Below, piece by piece: positions 7,917-16,050 of a DNA stretch of 16,248 bases. A program made the position numbers and the translations under genes. The notes under the pieces are model-generated. The model saw only the letters and a program-made list of their open reading frames with translations. It was not told where the DNA came from and made no database searches. Where the stretch lies: NCBI GenBank assembly GCA_046758705.1, contig JBHIAT010000076.1, positions 1 through 16,248 of the forward strand, read 5' to 3'. Numbering within the stretch: position 1 is the stretch's first letter; each line of letters begins with the position of its first letter. Origin of the DNA: Candidatus Bipolaricaulia bacterium (GTDB lineage: Bacteria > Bipolaricaulota > Bipolaricaulia > JBHIAT01).

Positions 7917-8597
7917 TTAGTCAAGCAACTCGCTGATGCTTTTTGCTAAGATGGAGCGCACCAGCAGAACGGGTTTGTTTACAATCCCTTTGACCCTGTG
8001 TTTCATCGCCAGATCGTATCCAATGCAGTTCATGACGACGAGATCGACGCCTGCTTCCTTCAAGCTCTTGGCTGCCTGAGTGATAGCCGTCATCGTATCG
8101 TGTCCATAGGGTGAGGCTTCAACACCCGCGGCTTGGAATCCTCGTCTCTGGAAGTCCTGACCCAAACCCGCTATCTGTCTATGGGAAGGGACGATGAAGC
8201 CCAACTTACCCTCAAAAACGATCGAAGCCAAGAAACCGTAAACCAGGTTATCCAACATGATTAGCGGCCTCTTCGAGCGCAACCTCGGAAACGCACCGCT
8301 GCAGAGCATCGCAATGCCGTCCACACCTTCAGCGTTCAGCGCGTTGATCTGCTTCTGCAATTCCTCTAGAATGGCGCGCTTCCCGATCGTGACCTCCGTA
8401 CCATCGCGCATACGTGTGACCAAGACTTCGTCATCTTTTCTGGGCGCCAACCTTTTGACTGCTTCAAGCGAAAAACGATCGAGCGCTCCTTTTTCAACGA
8501 CTTCTATATCCTTTGATGTAATCAGGCCTTTCAGCTCACTCACGACATCGTCTCTAGGAGACTGTCCGATGGTGATTGCTCCTATCCTGCTAGTCAT
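7917..8597 (-). CDS. AroM family protein (226 aa)
   Basis: IGAITIGQSPRDDV, LVTRMRDG, MLCSG, ASPY and MNCIGY are typical AroM-family segments. GAGG RBS upstream. Confidence 0.88.
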   Translation of the reverse strand: MTSRIGAITIGQSPRDDVVSELKGLITSKDIEVVEKGALDRFSLEAVKRLAPRKDDEVLVTRMRDGTEVTIGKRAILEELQKQINALNAEGVDGIAMLCSGAFPRLRSKRPLIMLDNLVYGFLASIVFEGKLGFIVPSHRQIAGLGQDFQRRGFQAAGVEASPYGHDTMTAITQAAKSLKEAGVDLVVMNCIGYDLAMKHRVKGIVNKPVLLVRSILAKSISELLD

Positions 8598-8612
8598 GGG
8601 TCCACCTCAGCG

Positions 8613-9596
8613 TCAATATAAGTGGCAACGGACATAATGTCCCTCTTCGACCTGGATCATCGGCGTTACTTCCCTATCACAGACGGGCAGTTTTTTGGGG
8701 CAGCGTGACAGGAAAACGCAAACCGGTGGCACATCGACAGGGCTTGGAATTTCGCCTTCCAGCGTGATTTCCTCGGGGATAAGCTCCTGTTCGTCCTTTG
8801 ACACGACAGGAATGGCGGAGAGCAGCGCCCGGGTATAAGGATGCAACGGATTTTGGAACAGCTTGTCTGTAGGGGCGATTTCGACGATTCTGCCCAGATA
8901 CATCACCGCGGTTCTGTCAGCAATGTTTCGCACAACACTCAAATCATGACTGATGTAGATATAGGTGAGCTGGAACCGTTTCTGAAGTTCCATGAGCAGT
9001 TCCAGAATCTTCGCTTGCACGGACACATCGAGCGCCGAGGAGGGTTCGTCCAGGATGATAAGCTTGGGGTTCGTCGCCAGAGCTCGTGCAATGCCGACTC
9101 TCTGCTTTTGTCCGCCGCTTAAGGTGTGCGGGTATCGGTACATGAACTCCTGCGGGAGATCAACGGCCTCCAGGAGCTCCTCGACCCTGTGGCGGATCTG
9201 GGCACGCGTCAGGCGCTCATGGATCTTCAGCGGGAGTGAAATGGCATCAAAGATCGTTCGGCGGGGATTCAACGAGGAGGCCGTATCTTGAAATACCATC
9301 TGCATGTGCTTGCGCAAGTTCCTCAACTCGTTGCCATCGACCGAAGAGATCTCTTGGCCCTCAAACCAGATTTTTCCTTTAGTCGGCTTGTAAATTCTGA
9401 TCAGCGTCTTGCCCAGGGTCGTCTTGCCCGAACCCGATTCCCCCACGAGCGCCAGCGTTTCACCCCGGTTCACTTTCAAATCGTTATGATCGACGGCTTG
9501 AATGATTTTCGTATGATTACGGCGCCCCCACCAGCCATCGCCGCGATAGAAGTATTTGCACAACGCCTCAGCCTTCAACAGCACATCGGCCATCAT
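8613..9596 (-). CDS. dppF: Dipeptide/oligopeptide ABC transporter ATP-binding subunit (DppF/OppF-like)
   Basis: Walker A GESGSGKT, LSGGQKQR, ILDEP, HPYT and a Cys-rich C-terminal domain. ATGA overlap with the upstream ATPase. Confidence 0.92.
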   Translation of the reverse strand: MMADVLLKAEALCKYFYRGDGWWGRRNHTKIIQAVDHNDLKVNRGETLALVGESGSGKTTLGKTLIRIYKPTKGKIWFEGQEISSVDGNELRNLRKHMQMVFQDTASSLNPRRTIFDAISLPLKIHERLTRAQIRHRVEELLEAVDLPQEFMYRYPHTLSGGQKQRVGIARALATNPKLIILDEPSSALDVSVQAKILELLMELQKRFQLTYIYISHDLSVVRNIADRTAVMYLGRIVEIAPTDKLFQNPLHPYTRALLSAIPVVSKDEQELIPEEITLEGEIPSPVDVPPVCVFLSRCPKKLPVCDREVTPMIQVEEGHYVRCHLY

Positions 9597-10612
9597 GATC
9601 TACTCAGCCCCTTGCCTGGATACAGGTGACAGGCGGCCCAGTGAGAATCTCCCACTTGGACCAATTCGGGCTTGACTTGCGTGCAGACATCCATTGCGTG
9701 AGGGCAGCGGGGATGAAACCGGCAGCCAGATGGAGGATAGATATAATCGGGGATCCGGCCGCCTATCCCCATGAACTCCTCTTCGGTGAGCCTGGGGATG
9801 GCCTGGAGCAGGCCCGCAGTGTACGGATGTTTGGGGTTATCTAAAAGATCCTTCGCGTTCGCGGTCTCTGCGATCGTGCCTGCGTACATCACATAAATTC
9901 TCTCGCAAAGCTTCCTGGCAACCCCCAAGTTATGGGTGATATAGAGGACCGCCGCGTGCTCCTCTCGCACCTTCTCCATGATGAGCTCGAGGATCCCTTT
10001 TTGAATGGTCACATCCAACGCGGTCGTCGGTTCATCGGCAATGAGCAGTTTCGGGTGGCCGATCAGGGAGAGCGCAATCAGGACCCGCTGTCGCATGCCC
10101 CCACTGAGTTCCACCGGATACCTGTGGAGGATCTCTTCAGGAGACGGAATCTTCACTCGCTCTAACAGCTCGATCGCTTCGGCTTTCGAGCCGTTGGCGT
10201 TTCTGCCTGTCCCCAGGAACGCGAGCAGACCGGCTCGCTTCTTTCCTTTCCATCGGATGAGATCCACCATCTGCTGCCCGATGGTGAACGTGGGATTGAG
10301 CGAGGTCATGGGATCTTGGGGGATATAGGAGATCTGCTGGGTGGTGATCGGCCTGCGTTGATCCTCATCGAGCGTGAGCAAATCTTGCTGGCTAAACAGG
10401 ATCTGACCCTCGAGGATGCGTGCCGGAGGTATGGGCAAAGCACCTAACACCGTTTTGGCGGTGATGCTCTTGCCACAACCGGTCTCGCCCACGAGCCCGA
10501 CGGTCTCCCCCTCGTGGATGAACAGGTTGACCCCGTCTAACACGCGAGAGATGCCGTCGATCGTATGAAAGTGAATACTCAGATCCTTGGTCTCTAACAG
10601 CCTAGCGCTCAT
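9593..10612 (-). CDS. dppD: Dipeptide/oligopeptide ABC transporter ATP-binding subunit (DppD/OppD-like)
   Basis: GETGCGKS, QDPMTSLNP, LSGGMRQR, ADEPTTALD, GCRFHPRC. Start trimmed to ATG 10612 (ATGA overlap with the permease stop). Confidence 0.92.
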   Translation of the reverse strand: MSARLLETKDLSIHFHTIDGISRVLDGVNLFIHEGETVGLVGETGCGKSITAKTVLGALPIPPARILEGQILFSQQDLLTLDEDQRRPITTQQISYIPQDPMTSLNPTFTIGQQMVDLIRWKGKKRAGLLAFLGTGRNANGSKAEAIELLERVKIPSPEEILHRYPVELSGGMRQRVLIALSLIGHPKLLIADEPTTALDVTIQKGILELIMEKVREEHAAVLYITHNLGVARKLCERIYVMYAGTIAETANAKDLLDNPKHPYTAGLLQAIPRLTEEEFMGIGGRIPDYIYPPSGCRFHPRCPHAMDVCTQVKPELVQVGDSHWAACHLYPGKGLSRS

Positions 10613-11508
10613 CTTCCTTCGCTCTCCACGTCGAAGAAATCCCGCAAACCATCTCCGAGCAGATTGAATCCGAGCACGGTGATGAAGATCGCCAATCCAG
10701 AGAACGTCGAGATCCACCACATGTTCGGCAGATACTGCCGTCCGGAGCTCACGATCGTGCCCCATTCTGGGGTCGGAGACTGCGCTCCCAAGCCGAGAAA
10801 GCCCAAGATCGCACCCGTTAAAATGGCATACCCCATGTCCAGGCTGATCTTGACGAGCAATGGGGAGGTCATATTTGGAAGGATCTCTCGCAACATAATA
10901 TAAAAGCGTGAAGCGCCCTGTGACTCAGCTGCTTGTACGAAATCTTCCTGCTTGATCGACGACGCTTCTCCATAAGCCAGTCGAGCGTACCAAGGCCACC
11001 AGGCGATGGAGATCGCGATCATGCTGTTGATCAGCGAGCGTTCAAATGCGGCCGTGACGACCAAAGCCAGCACCACAGGGGGAAGGGCCAGGAAGACATC
11101 GGTCACCCTCATAATGACGGTTTCGGCAACGCCGCCGAAGTAACCAGCGATGAGCCCCAGCGGGACACCAACCACCACCGCCAGTGACAGGACCACGACG
11201 CCCAGCATGAGCGAGAGACGGGCGCCGAACAGAATTCGGCTCAGCAGATCCCGGCCGACTTCGTCGGTGCCTAGCAGGTGCTTTGAACTTGGAGCGCGAA
11301 ATGTCTGTCCGAAATGCACGGCGTCTCCCCGACCATCCTCGGGGGACGGGGCAATGAACGGCGCAAAGATGGCGGCCAACACGACCAAAAGGATGATGGA
11401 CAAACCTAACACCGAAAGTGGATTGCTTCCGAATCGAACCAGGGCACGCCACAGGTTCCCTTTTGGTTTTCGCTGAACGAGTTCTTGTTCTTGGGCTTGG
11501 GTCGTCAT
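10609..11508 (-). CDS. dppC: Dipeptide/oligopeptide ABC transporter permease (DppC/OppC-like)
   Basis: HLLGTDEVGRDLLSR, FVQAAESQGA, FLGLGAQSPTPEWG, FNLLGDGLRD. ATG 11508 with GAGGA RBS. Confidence 0.92.
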   Translation of the reverse strand: MTTQAQEQELVQRKPKGNLWRALVRFGSNPLSVLGLSIILLVVLAAIFAPFIAPSPEDGRGDAVHFGQTFRAPSSKHLLGTDEVGRDLLSRILFGARLSLMLGVVVLSLAVVVGVPLGLIAGYFGGVAETVIMRVTDVFLALPPVVLALVVTAAFERSLINSMIAISIAWWPWYARLAYGEASSIKQEDFVQAAESQGASRFYIMLREILPNMTSPLLVKISLDMGYAILTGAILGFLGLGAQSPTPEWGTIVSSGRQYLPNMWWISTFSGLAIFITVLGFNLLGDGLRDFFDVESEGR

Positions 11509-11515
11509 CGTATCC

Positions 11516-12523
11516 TCATCCCCTCCGCAGCCGGATTCTCGGGTCCAAATATCCATATAAAACGTCGACAATGGCGTTGACCAAGACATAAGTCAATCCA
11601 ATGATCAGCGTCACGGCAACCACCGCGTTGAAATCTTTAAAGAGCACCGCCTGCACCCCATAGCGAGCCATCCCCGGCCAGGCAAACACCGTCTCCACGA
11701 CGAACGCCCCGGCCAAAAAGAAACCGAACAGCAGGCCGATGACCGTCAATGTCGAGGTGAACGCGTTCTTCAACATGTATTTGTAGACGAGCAAGCCCCT
11801 TGGCATTCCCAGCACCCGACTGACCGTGGTGTAATCCTTCCACTGTTCGTCGATCATACTGGCCCGCGTGATGCGCATGATCTGGGCCATTGGAGAAAGG
11901 GCGAGTGCGATGGCCGGCAGCACGATATGTCGAAAGCTATCCCAAAAAGCGGACCCATTTCCGGTGATCAAACTGTCAAGCAGATAAAAGCCGGTGATGT
12001 GGGTTGGGGACTCTCCGCCGATCCGGCCGAGGAGCGGGAACCAGCCGAGCGAATAGGCGAAGGCGAGTTGAAACATGATACCAACCCAGAAGCGTGGCAA
12101 AGAGACACCCGCGAACGCGAACAGCCTGCTCGCATGATCGGGCCAGCGATCTTTGCGCAGTGCTGAAATGACCCCCAGGGGTACCCCTAATATCACCGCG
12201 AAGAACATCCCGACCAACACCAGCTCAAAGGTGGCCGGGATCCTGTCAGCCAGGTCCTCCGCGACATCACGTCGGGTGAAAAACGACAGGCCGAGCTTTC
12301 CCTGAAATAGTCCCTTTATATACAGCAGATATTGGATGTGTAACGGTCGGTCGAGACCGAGCTCATGGCGGACCCGTTGGATCTCGGAAGCGGGGGCCTC
12401 CACGGGAAGGAGGAGCCGAACCGGATCTCCAGGTGAGAACCGGGAAAGGAAGAAAATCAGAATGGAGAGACCAATCAAGACCAGAATACTCTGAACGAAC
12501 CGGTATACTAGATAACCAACCAT
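11516..12523 (-). CDS. dppB: Dipeptide/oligopeptide ABC transporter permease (DppB/OppB-like)
   Basis: PGDPV, LGLDRPLHIQY, PATFEL, VVETVFAWPG, YGYLDPRIR. Start trimmed to ATG 12523. Confidence 0.92.
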   Translation of the reverse strand: MVGYLVYRFVQSILVLIGLSILIFFLSRFSPGDPVRLLLPVEAPASEIQRVRHELGLDRPLHIQYLLYIKGLFQGKLGLSFFTRRDVAEDLADRIPATFELVLVGMFFAVILGVPLGVISALRKDRWPDHASRLFAFAGVSLPRFWVGIMFQLAFAYSLGWFPLLGRIGGESPTHITGFYLLDSLITGNGSAFWDSFRHIVLPAIALALSPMAQIMRITRASMIDEQWKDYTTVSRVLGMPRGLLVYKYMLKNAFTSTLTVIGLLFGFFLAGAFVVETVFAWPGMARYGVQAVLFKDFNAVVAVTLIIGLTYVLVNAIVDVLYGYLDPRIRLRRG

Positions 12524-12556
12524 AGATCTACGAATCCATGAAGAAGAGGAGGCCCC

Positions 12557-12587
12557 AGGTCCCACACGGACGCGGAACCCGGGACCT
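12557..12587 (-). other. Intercistronic stem-loop after the SBP gene (possible mRNA stabiliser or partial terminator)
   Basis: AGGTCCC (12557-12563) and GGGACCT (12581-12587) form an inverted repeat; pyrimidine-rich CCTCCTCTTCTT follows on the minus strand. Confidence 0.5.
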
Positions 12588-12600
12588 CATCCATACGACA

Positions 12601-14190
12601 CTACCTGTCAATTCTGATCTTCCAGAAGAACAAGTCGTAACCGAGGATCCCGTTGAAGGTGTACCCTTTCACGTAATCGCGAAACGCGATCCGATGCTCA
12701 GGATTGGCGATAAACAGCGAAGCGGCATCCTCGTTGACGATCTCCTGTGCCTGTGCATAGAGCTGGAGCTGTTCCGTCGAATCGACGGTGACCCTCGCCC
12801 GATCTAACAAGTCACTGGCTGTGGGTTTCTCGAAGTAGTTCACGTTGATGTAATTGCCTCCTGCGGCCCGCGTCCCAGGGTGAAACATCAGATAGGTGTG
12901 GCTGTCGGGGTGCGGGATCTTCAACGTATGGAAGATCGCCGTGAAGTGTCGAGCCGTCTCCGGGGACTCGGTTGTCTCCAGGACTTGAGCCCACAACATG
13001 GACTCCAGTTTGATGTTCAAGCCGATATCCTTCAGGTTATCCCGCATCAGGAGGCCCAACCGCTCCTCTATAGGGGCAGTAGATACCCAGAGGTAGGTCA
13101 GCTCCATATTTCGCAACTCCTGAGCCGAGTACTTGCACTGGGCCAGTTCTCTTCTGGCAGCTTCGAGGTCGCGCGTGTAAGGCTGAAGCGCAGCGTTCCA
13201 TCCCGGCGCCAACACCGGGACGGGTCCGACGGCCTGCGCCCCTCCCCTGAAGATGTCGTTGATGGCCGTCTCGTAGTCGAAGGCGTACAGGACGGCCCGG
13301 CGACAATGGACATCATCGAACGGGGGCTTTTTGTTGTTCATCTGGTGGAGATACAGCTGTAGCTGAGAATCTCGCTGCACCACGATCCCCGAGGTCCTCT
13401 CCAGGTCTTCGTAAACCTCGGGAGTCAGCCATTGATCGACCATGTCTATCGCGCCTGCCTTCAGAGCCGCGACCTGCGTAGCCGGCTCGGGGATGACCTG
13501 CCAGACGACCTTGTCAACCAGGGCTGGCCCCATGAAGTAATCGTCAAACTTCCGGAAGGTGATCTCACGACCGATCTCCACGCTCTCCACCTCGAACGGG
13601 CCGGAACCGACGTCATGGTTCACAAGGTAATTTTGACACAGGTCCCCTGCCTGCTCGTTGGCCAGACACAGATCCTTGTTGACGATGAAGAACTGGACCA
13701 GTGTCGGGACGAAGATCGCAAACGGCTGCCTCAGGTTAAAGACCACCGTGTAGCGGTCGGCCGCTACGGTGTCTCCTGGTCCGAGCAGCCCCCGCCACAG
13801 GCTCGCGTACCCTAAGCCGATTCGGGTCATCCGATCCATGGAGAAGGCAACGTCCTCGGCGGTCAGCTCCGTGCCGTCATGGAATTTGACTCCCTTGCGG
13901 AGGTTGAAGGTCCAAGTCTGCGCGTTGGGAGAAGCACTCCAGGACTCGGCTAACCAAGGCCTTATGACCAGCTGTCCTCCGATCCGAATCGGACGCACCA
14001 GGGGGTCGTACGTGTTGAAGACGTTGATCGACTGGGTCTCATCGACGTGCCTCCCAGGGTCGAACAGCATCGTCGCCTGCGTGGTGCCATAGGTGAACAC
14101 GGTCTCCGCCTGTACCCCGACCGTCACCCATCCCACCAGAAGCAGCACCCCTGCCAGACTGAAACTGAACCACTTGATCCTCTTACTCAT
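12601..14190 (-). CDS. ABC transporter substrate-binding protein, family 5 (DppA/OppA-like), 529 aa
   Basis: LAESWS...WTFNLRKGVKFHDGTELTAEDVAFS signature, GSGPF, PFDDVHCRRAV. Sec signal peptide ending VQA with no lipobox. AAGGAGGG RBS. Confidence 0.95.
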   Translation of the reverse strand: MSKRIKWFSFSLAGVLLLVGWVTVGVQAETVFTYGTTQATMLFDPGRHVDETQSINVFNTYDPLVRPIRIGGQLVIRPWLAESWSASPNAQTWTFNLRKGVKFHDGTELTAEDVAFSMDRMTRIGLGYASLWRGLLGPGDTVAADRYTVVFNLRQPFAIFVPTLVQFFIVNKDLCLANEQAGDLCQNYLVNHDVGSGPFEVESVEIGREITFRKFDDYFMGPALVDKVVWQVIPEPATQVAALKAGAIDMVDQWLTPEVYEDLERTSGIVVQRDSQLQLYLHQMNNKKPPFDDVHCRRAVLYAFDYETAINDIFRGGAQAVGPVPVLAPGWNAALQPYTRDLEAARRELAQCKYSAQELRNMELTYLWVSTAPIEERLGLLMRDNLKDIGLNIKLESMLWAQVLETTESPETARHFTAIFHTLKIPHPDSHTYLMFHPGTRAAGGNYINVNYFEKPTASDLLDRARVTVDSTEQLQLYAQAQEIVNEDAASLFIANPEHRIAFRDYVKGYTFNGILGYDLFFWKIRIDR

Positions 14191-15189
14191 TGAAGAACCC
14201 TCCTTTTTTGTAGTAGTTCTGTGGTATCTTTACCCTGCAGTTCATCACCTCCCCAAGGTTTGTAATATGTTCATAGGACCGTACAAGTCGACGATCCGCT
14301 CGAACTCCTCCTCGTCGTAGAAGCGGCAAGAGCCTCGTCCAAACTCCTTGGCCACTTCCAGGCAAAACCGCGCAGTTGACTCCAATTCTAACGGGTAATT
14401 GGCTCCGGTCGCAACTCCCGGTATCACCTGGCCGGAGGTAGGCGCCACCCCGACGACAGGACTGTTCGTCACGGTAGCCGGCTGTAGGATGCTGTTGATG
14501 TGATATAAACCGTTCCCATAGGGCGTGATATCCTGCATGCTGATAGGGAAGGTGACCGGTGGCCTGCTGAGCACGATCTTCATCATGCGCAACAGATCCC
14601 CACTCACCCTCAAGATGTAGCCCTCCTTGACCGTAGACGAGATGGCGAAGCCATTGAGGTTAATAATCTCGTTGCCTTTGGTGGCATCGACGCTGAGAAT
14701 TGCATCCATCTCTGGATCGACCGATGAATCCATCAAGGGTTTCAACTCCACAGGAGAGCCCATAAACGGCACGGGATCATGCGGGATGGTAGGCGAATTG
14801 GGACAGATATGGGTGGTGATGATTACATCCCCAGTTAGTAACTCTCCCTTATTCACCATGCTGGCAAGTTTCAAGGCACAAGCGATGGCGACGATCGCCC
14901 CGTCAGCGTCGGAGACGGCCCCGATCTGATCTGGTCGGGCACCGACCCCGCCCAGTTGACCTATCAGACCAAGTGTGGGCGCTTTGCCTCCATTGAGCTT
15001 TCCATCCAATCCGGCAACCGACAGTTTGATCAAATCGGTGGAGCCCCGATCGCCTTCGAGGGTTTCCAATTCGACCTTGACTCCTCTGTTTTGATCGAAC
15101 GCCGCTGTGACCTTCGCCCCCGACGCCTGGGGATTATCAATCAGCTCAAACGCTTGTATAATCTCCTTTAAGAGCATGTTACTAATTTT
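14098..15189 (-). repeat. ~1.1-kb imperfect direct repeat, copy 1
   Basis: Colinear with 3772-4874. Confidence 0.95.
14245..15177 (-). CDS. DUF1177 family protein (310 aa, intact)
   Basis: LGGVGARP, VSDADGA, THICP, PHDPVPFMGSP, SVDATKGN, VKEGYIL, QDITPYGNGLYHINSILQP are recognisable DUF1177 segments. The family commonly neighbours AroM and Dpp genes. Confidence 0.85.
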   Translation of the reverse strand: MLLKEIIQAFELIDNPQASGAKVTAAFDQNRGVKVELETLEGDRGSTDLIKLSVAGLDGKLNGGKAPTLGLIGQLGGVGARPDQIGAVSDADGAIVAIACALKLASMVNKGELLTGDVIITTHICPNSPTIPHDPVPFMGSPVELKPLMDSSVDPEMDAILSVDATKGNEIINLNGFAISSTVKEGYILRVSGDLLRMMKIVLSRPPVTFPISMQDITPYGNGLYHINSILQPATVTNSPVVGVAPTSGQVIPGVATGANYPLELESTARFCLEVAKEFGRGSCRFYDEEEFERIVDLYGPMNILQTLGR

Positions 15190-15208
15190 TTGAGAAAACG
15201 CATCTCAA
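15190..15208. promoter_or_regulatory. Palindrome TTGAGA-N7-TCTCAA in the operon leader (possible operator or RNA hairpin)
   Basis: Perfect 6-bp arms ending 12 nt upstream of the DUF1177 start. Confidence 0.4.
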
Positions 15209-15220
15209 GATTTTCTTCCC

Positions 15221-15247
15221 AATGATCGCTTCGATACTCTCTCTAAT
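15221..15247 (+). repeat. Imperfect direct repeat, copy B of 282-307
   Basis: AATGATCGCTTCGATACTCTCTCTAAT vs AATGATCGTTTCGATACCGCTCTAAT. Confidence 0.7.
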
Positions 15248-15266
15248 AGGAAAAATTCTCGCAAAC

Positions 15267-15295
15267 AGCATAACACAAAAGACATCCTTTGTCAC
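15267..15295 (-). promoter_or_regulatory. Putative sigma70-type promoter of the DUF1177-Dpp operon
   Basis: Minus strand GTGACA (-35, 15295-15290), 17-nt spacer ending TGT (extended -10), TATGCT (-10, 15272-15267). Confidence 0.65.
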
Positions 15296-15308
15296 TTACT
15301 GACCTTTT

Positions 15309-15324
15309 TGTAAGAAACCTTACA
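15309..15324. promoter_or_regulatory. Palindrome TGTAAG-AAAC-CTTACA, candidate transcription-factor site
   Basis: Perfect 6-4-6 inverted repeat (TGTAA-N6-TTACA, CRP/FNR-like spacing) just upstream of the -35, between divergent genes. Confidence 0.5.
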
Positions 15325-15398
15325 GTCATCCACCGCTCGATCTCCTAATATAAGCATGGGTGGATTTGAATCAAACGACATAAGGAGGTTTTTTTCAA

Positions 15399-15746
15399 AT
15401 GAAACCCGTAGCTGTCAACGATAGTAACTTTGAGTCCGAGGTGTTACAAACCCAGGTTCCCGTGCTGGTTGATTTCTGGGCCGAATGGTGCGGTCCGTGC
15501 CATGCACTCGCCCCGATCGTCGAGGAGATCGCCTCCGACTATGGTGACCAGCTCAAGGTGGTCAAGCTCAACGTCGATGAGAATCAACAGACGGCGATCC
15601 AGTATGGGATTATGAGCATACCCACTCTGCTGCTGTTCAAGGACGGGGAGATCATCGAGAAGCTCATCGGCTACATGCCGAAGGGAAATTTGATCAGGCG
15701 GCTGGCCCCGCACGTAAGCTTGGCTGGCACGGCTACAGAAGTGTAA
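15399..15746 (+). CDS. trxA: Thioredoxin
   Basis: VLVDFWAEWCGPC active site, IMSIPTLLLFKDG, TAAGGAGG RBS. Confidence 0.96.
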   Translation: MKPVAVNDSNFESEVLQTQVPVLVDFWAEWCGPCHALAPIVEEIASDYGDQLKVVKLNVDENQQTAIQYGIMSIPTLLLFKDGEIIEKLIGYMPKGNLIRRLAPHVSLAGTATEV

Positions 15747-15898
15747 GCTCACTCCCACTGAGAAAGGAGCGCCCGCTAGGCTTTCTTGCTGGATCGGTGG
15801 CATGGGATGTATATTACTTAATATGGTTCCGAAGCAGATTGGGATCTCGTCCCATTGCCTCTTATCAGTTACGATCTGTCAGAGCACGTTGCAACTCA

Positions 15899-15994
15899 CG
15901 AAGGCAGGGTGATCGAGCGAATAAGGGAGAGGCGGACTGGATGGGGTTTCGCTCGCTGCCCTTCGCGGAAAGACCCCCATCTACAGTCCGCCCC
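15899..15994. other. Highly structured intergenic element (long hairpin with a competing pairing); REP-like relic or ncRNA
   Basis: GGCGGACTG/CAGTCCGCC and GATGGGG/CCCCATC stems. The loop region 15948-15965 is also complementary to 15899-15921. Confidence 0.5.
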
Positions 15995-16050
15995 GTTAAG
16001 ATTATTCCTCGGTTTCTCATTGATATGCCATTTAGCTTACCGGAGGAGAA

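Noticed and set aside
388-15171. Numerous + strand and alternate-frame ORFs of 60-216 aa
   Set aside because: They are shadow ORFs of well-supported minus-strand genes in GC-rich DNA. The exceptions are the DUF1177 pieces at 3918-4212.
15761-15788. AGAAAG...CTTTCT hairpin after trxA as a terminator
   Set aside because: The stem is interrupted and the U-tract is weak, so it is not supportable.
15861-15900. CTTATC...AGAG reminiscent of a SAM-I riboswitch 5' end
   Set aside because: The downstream conserved SAM-I core elements are absent.
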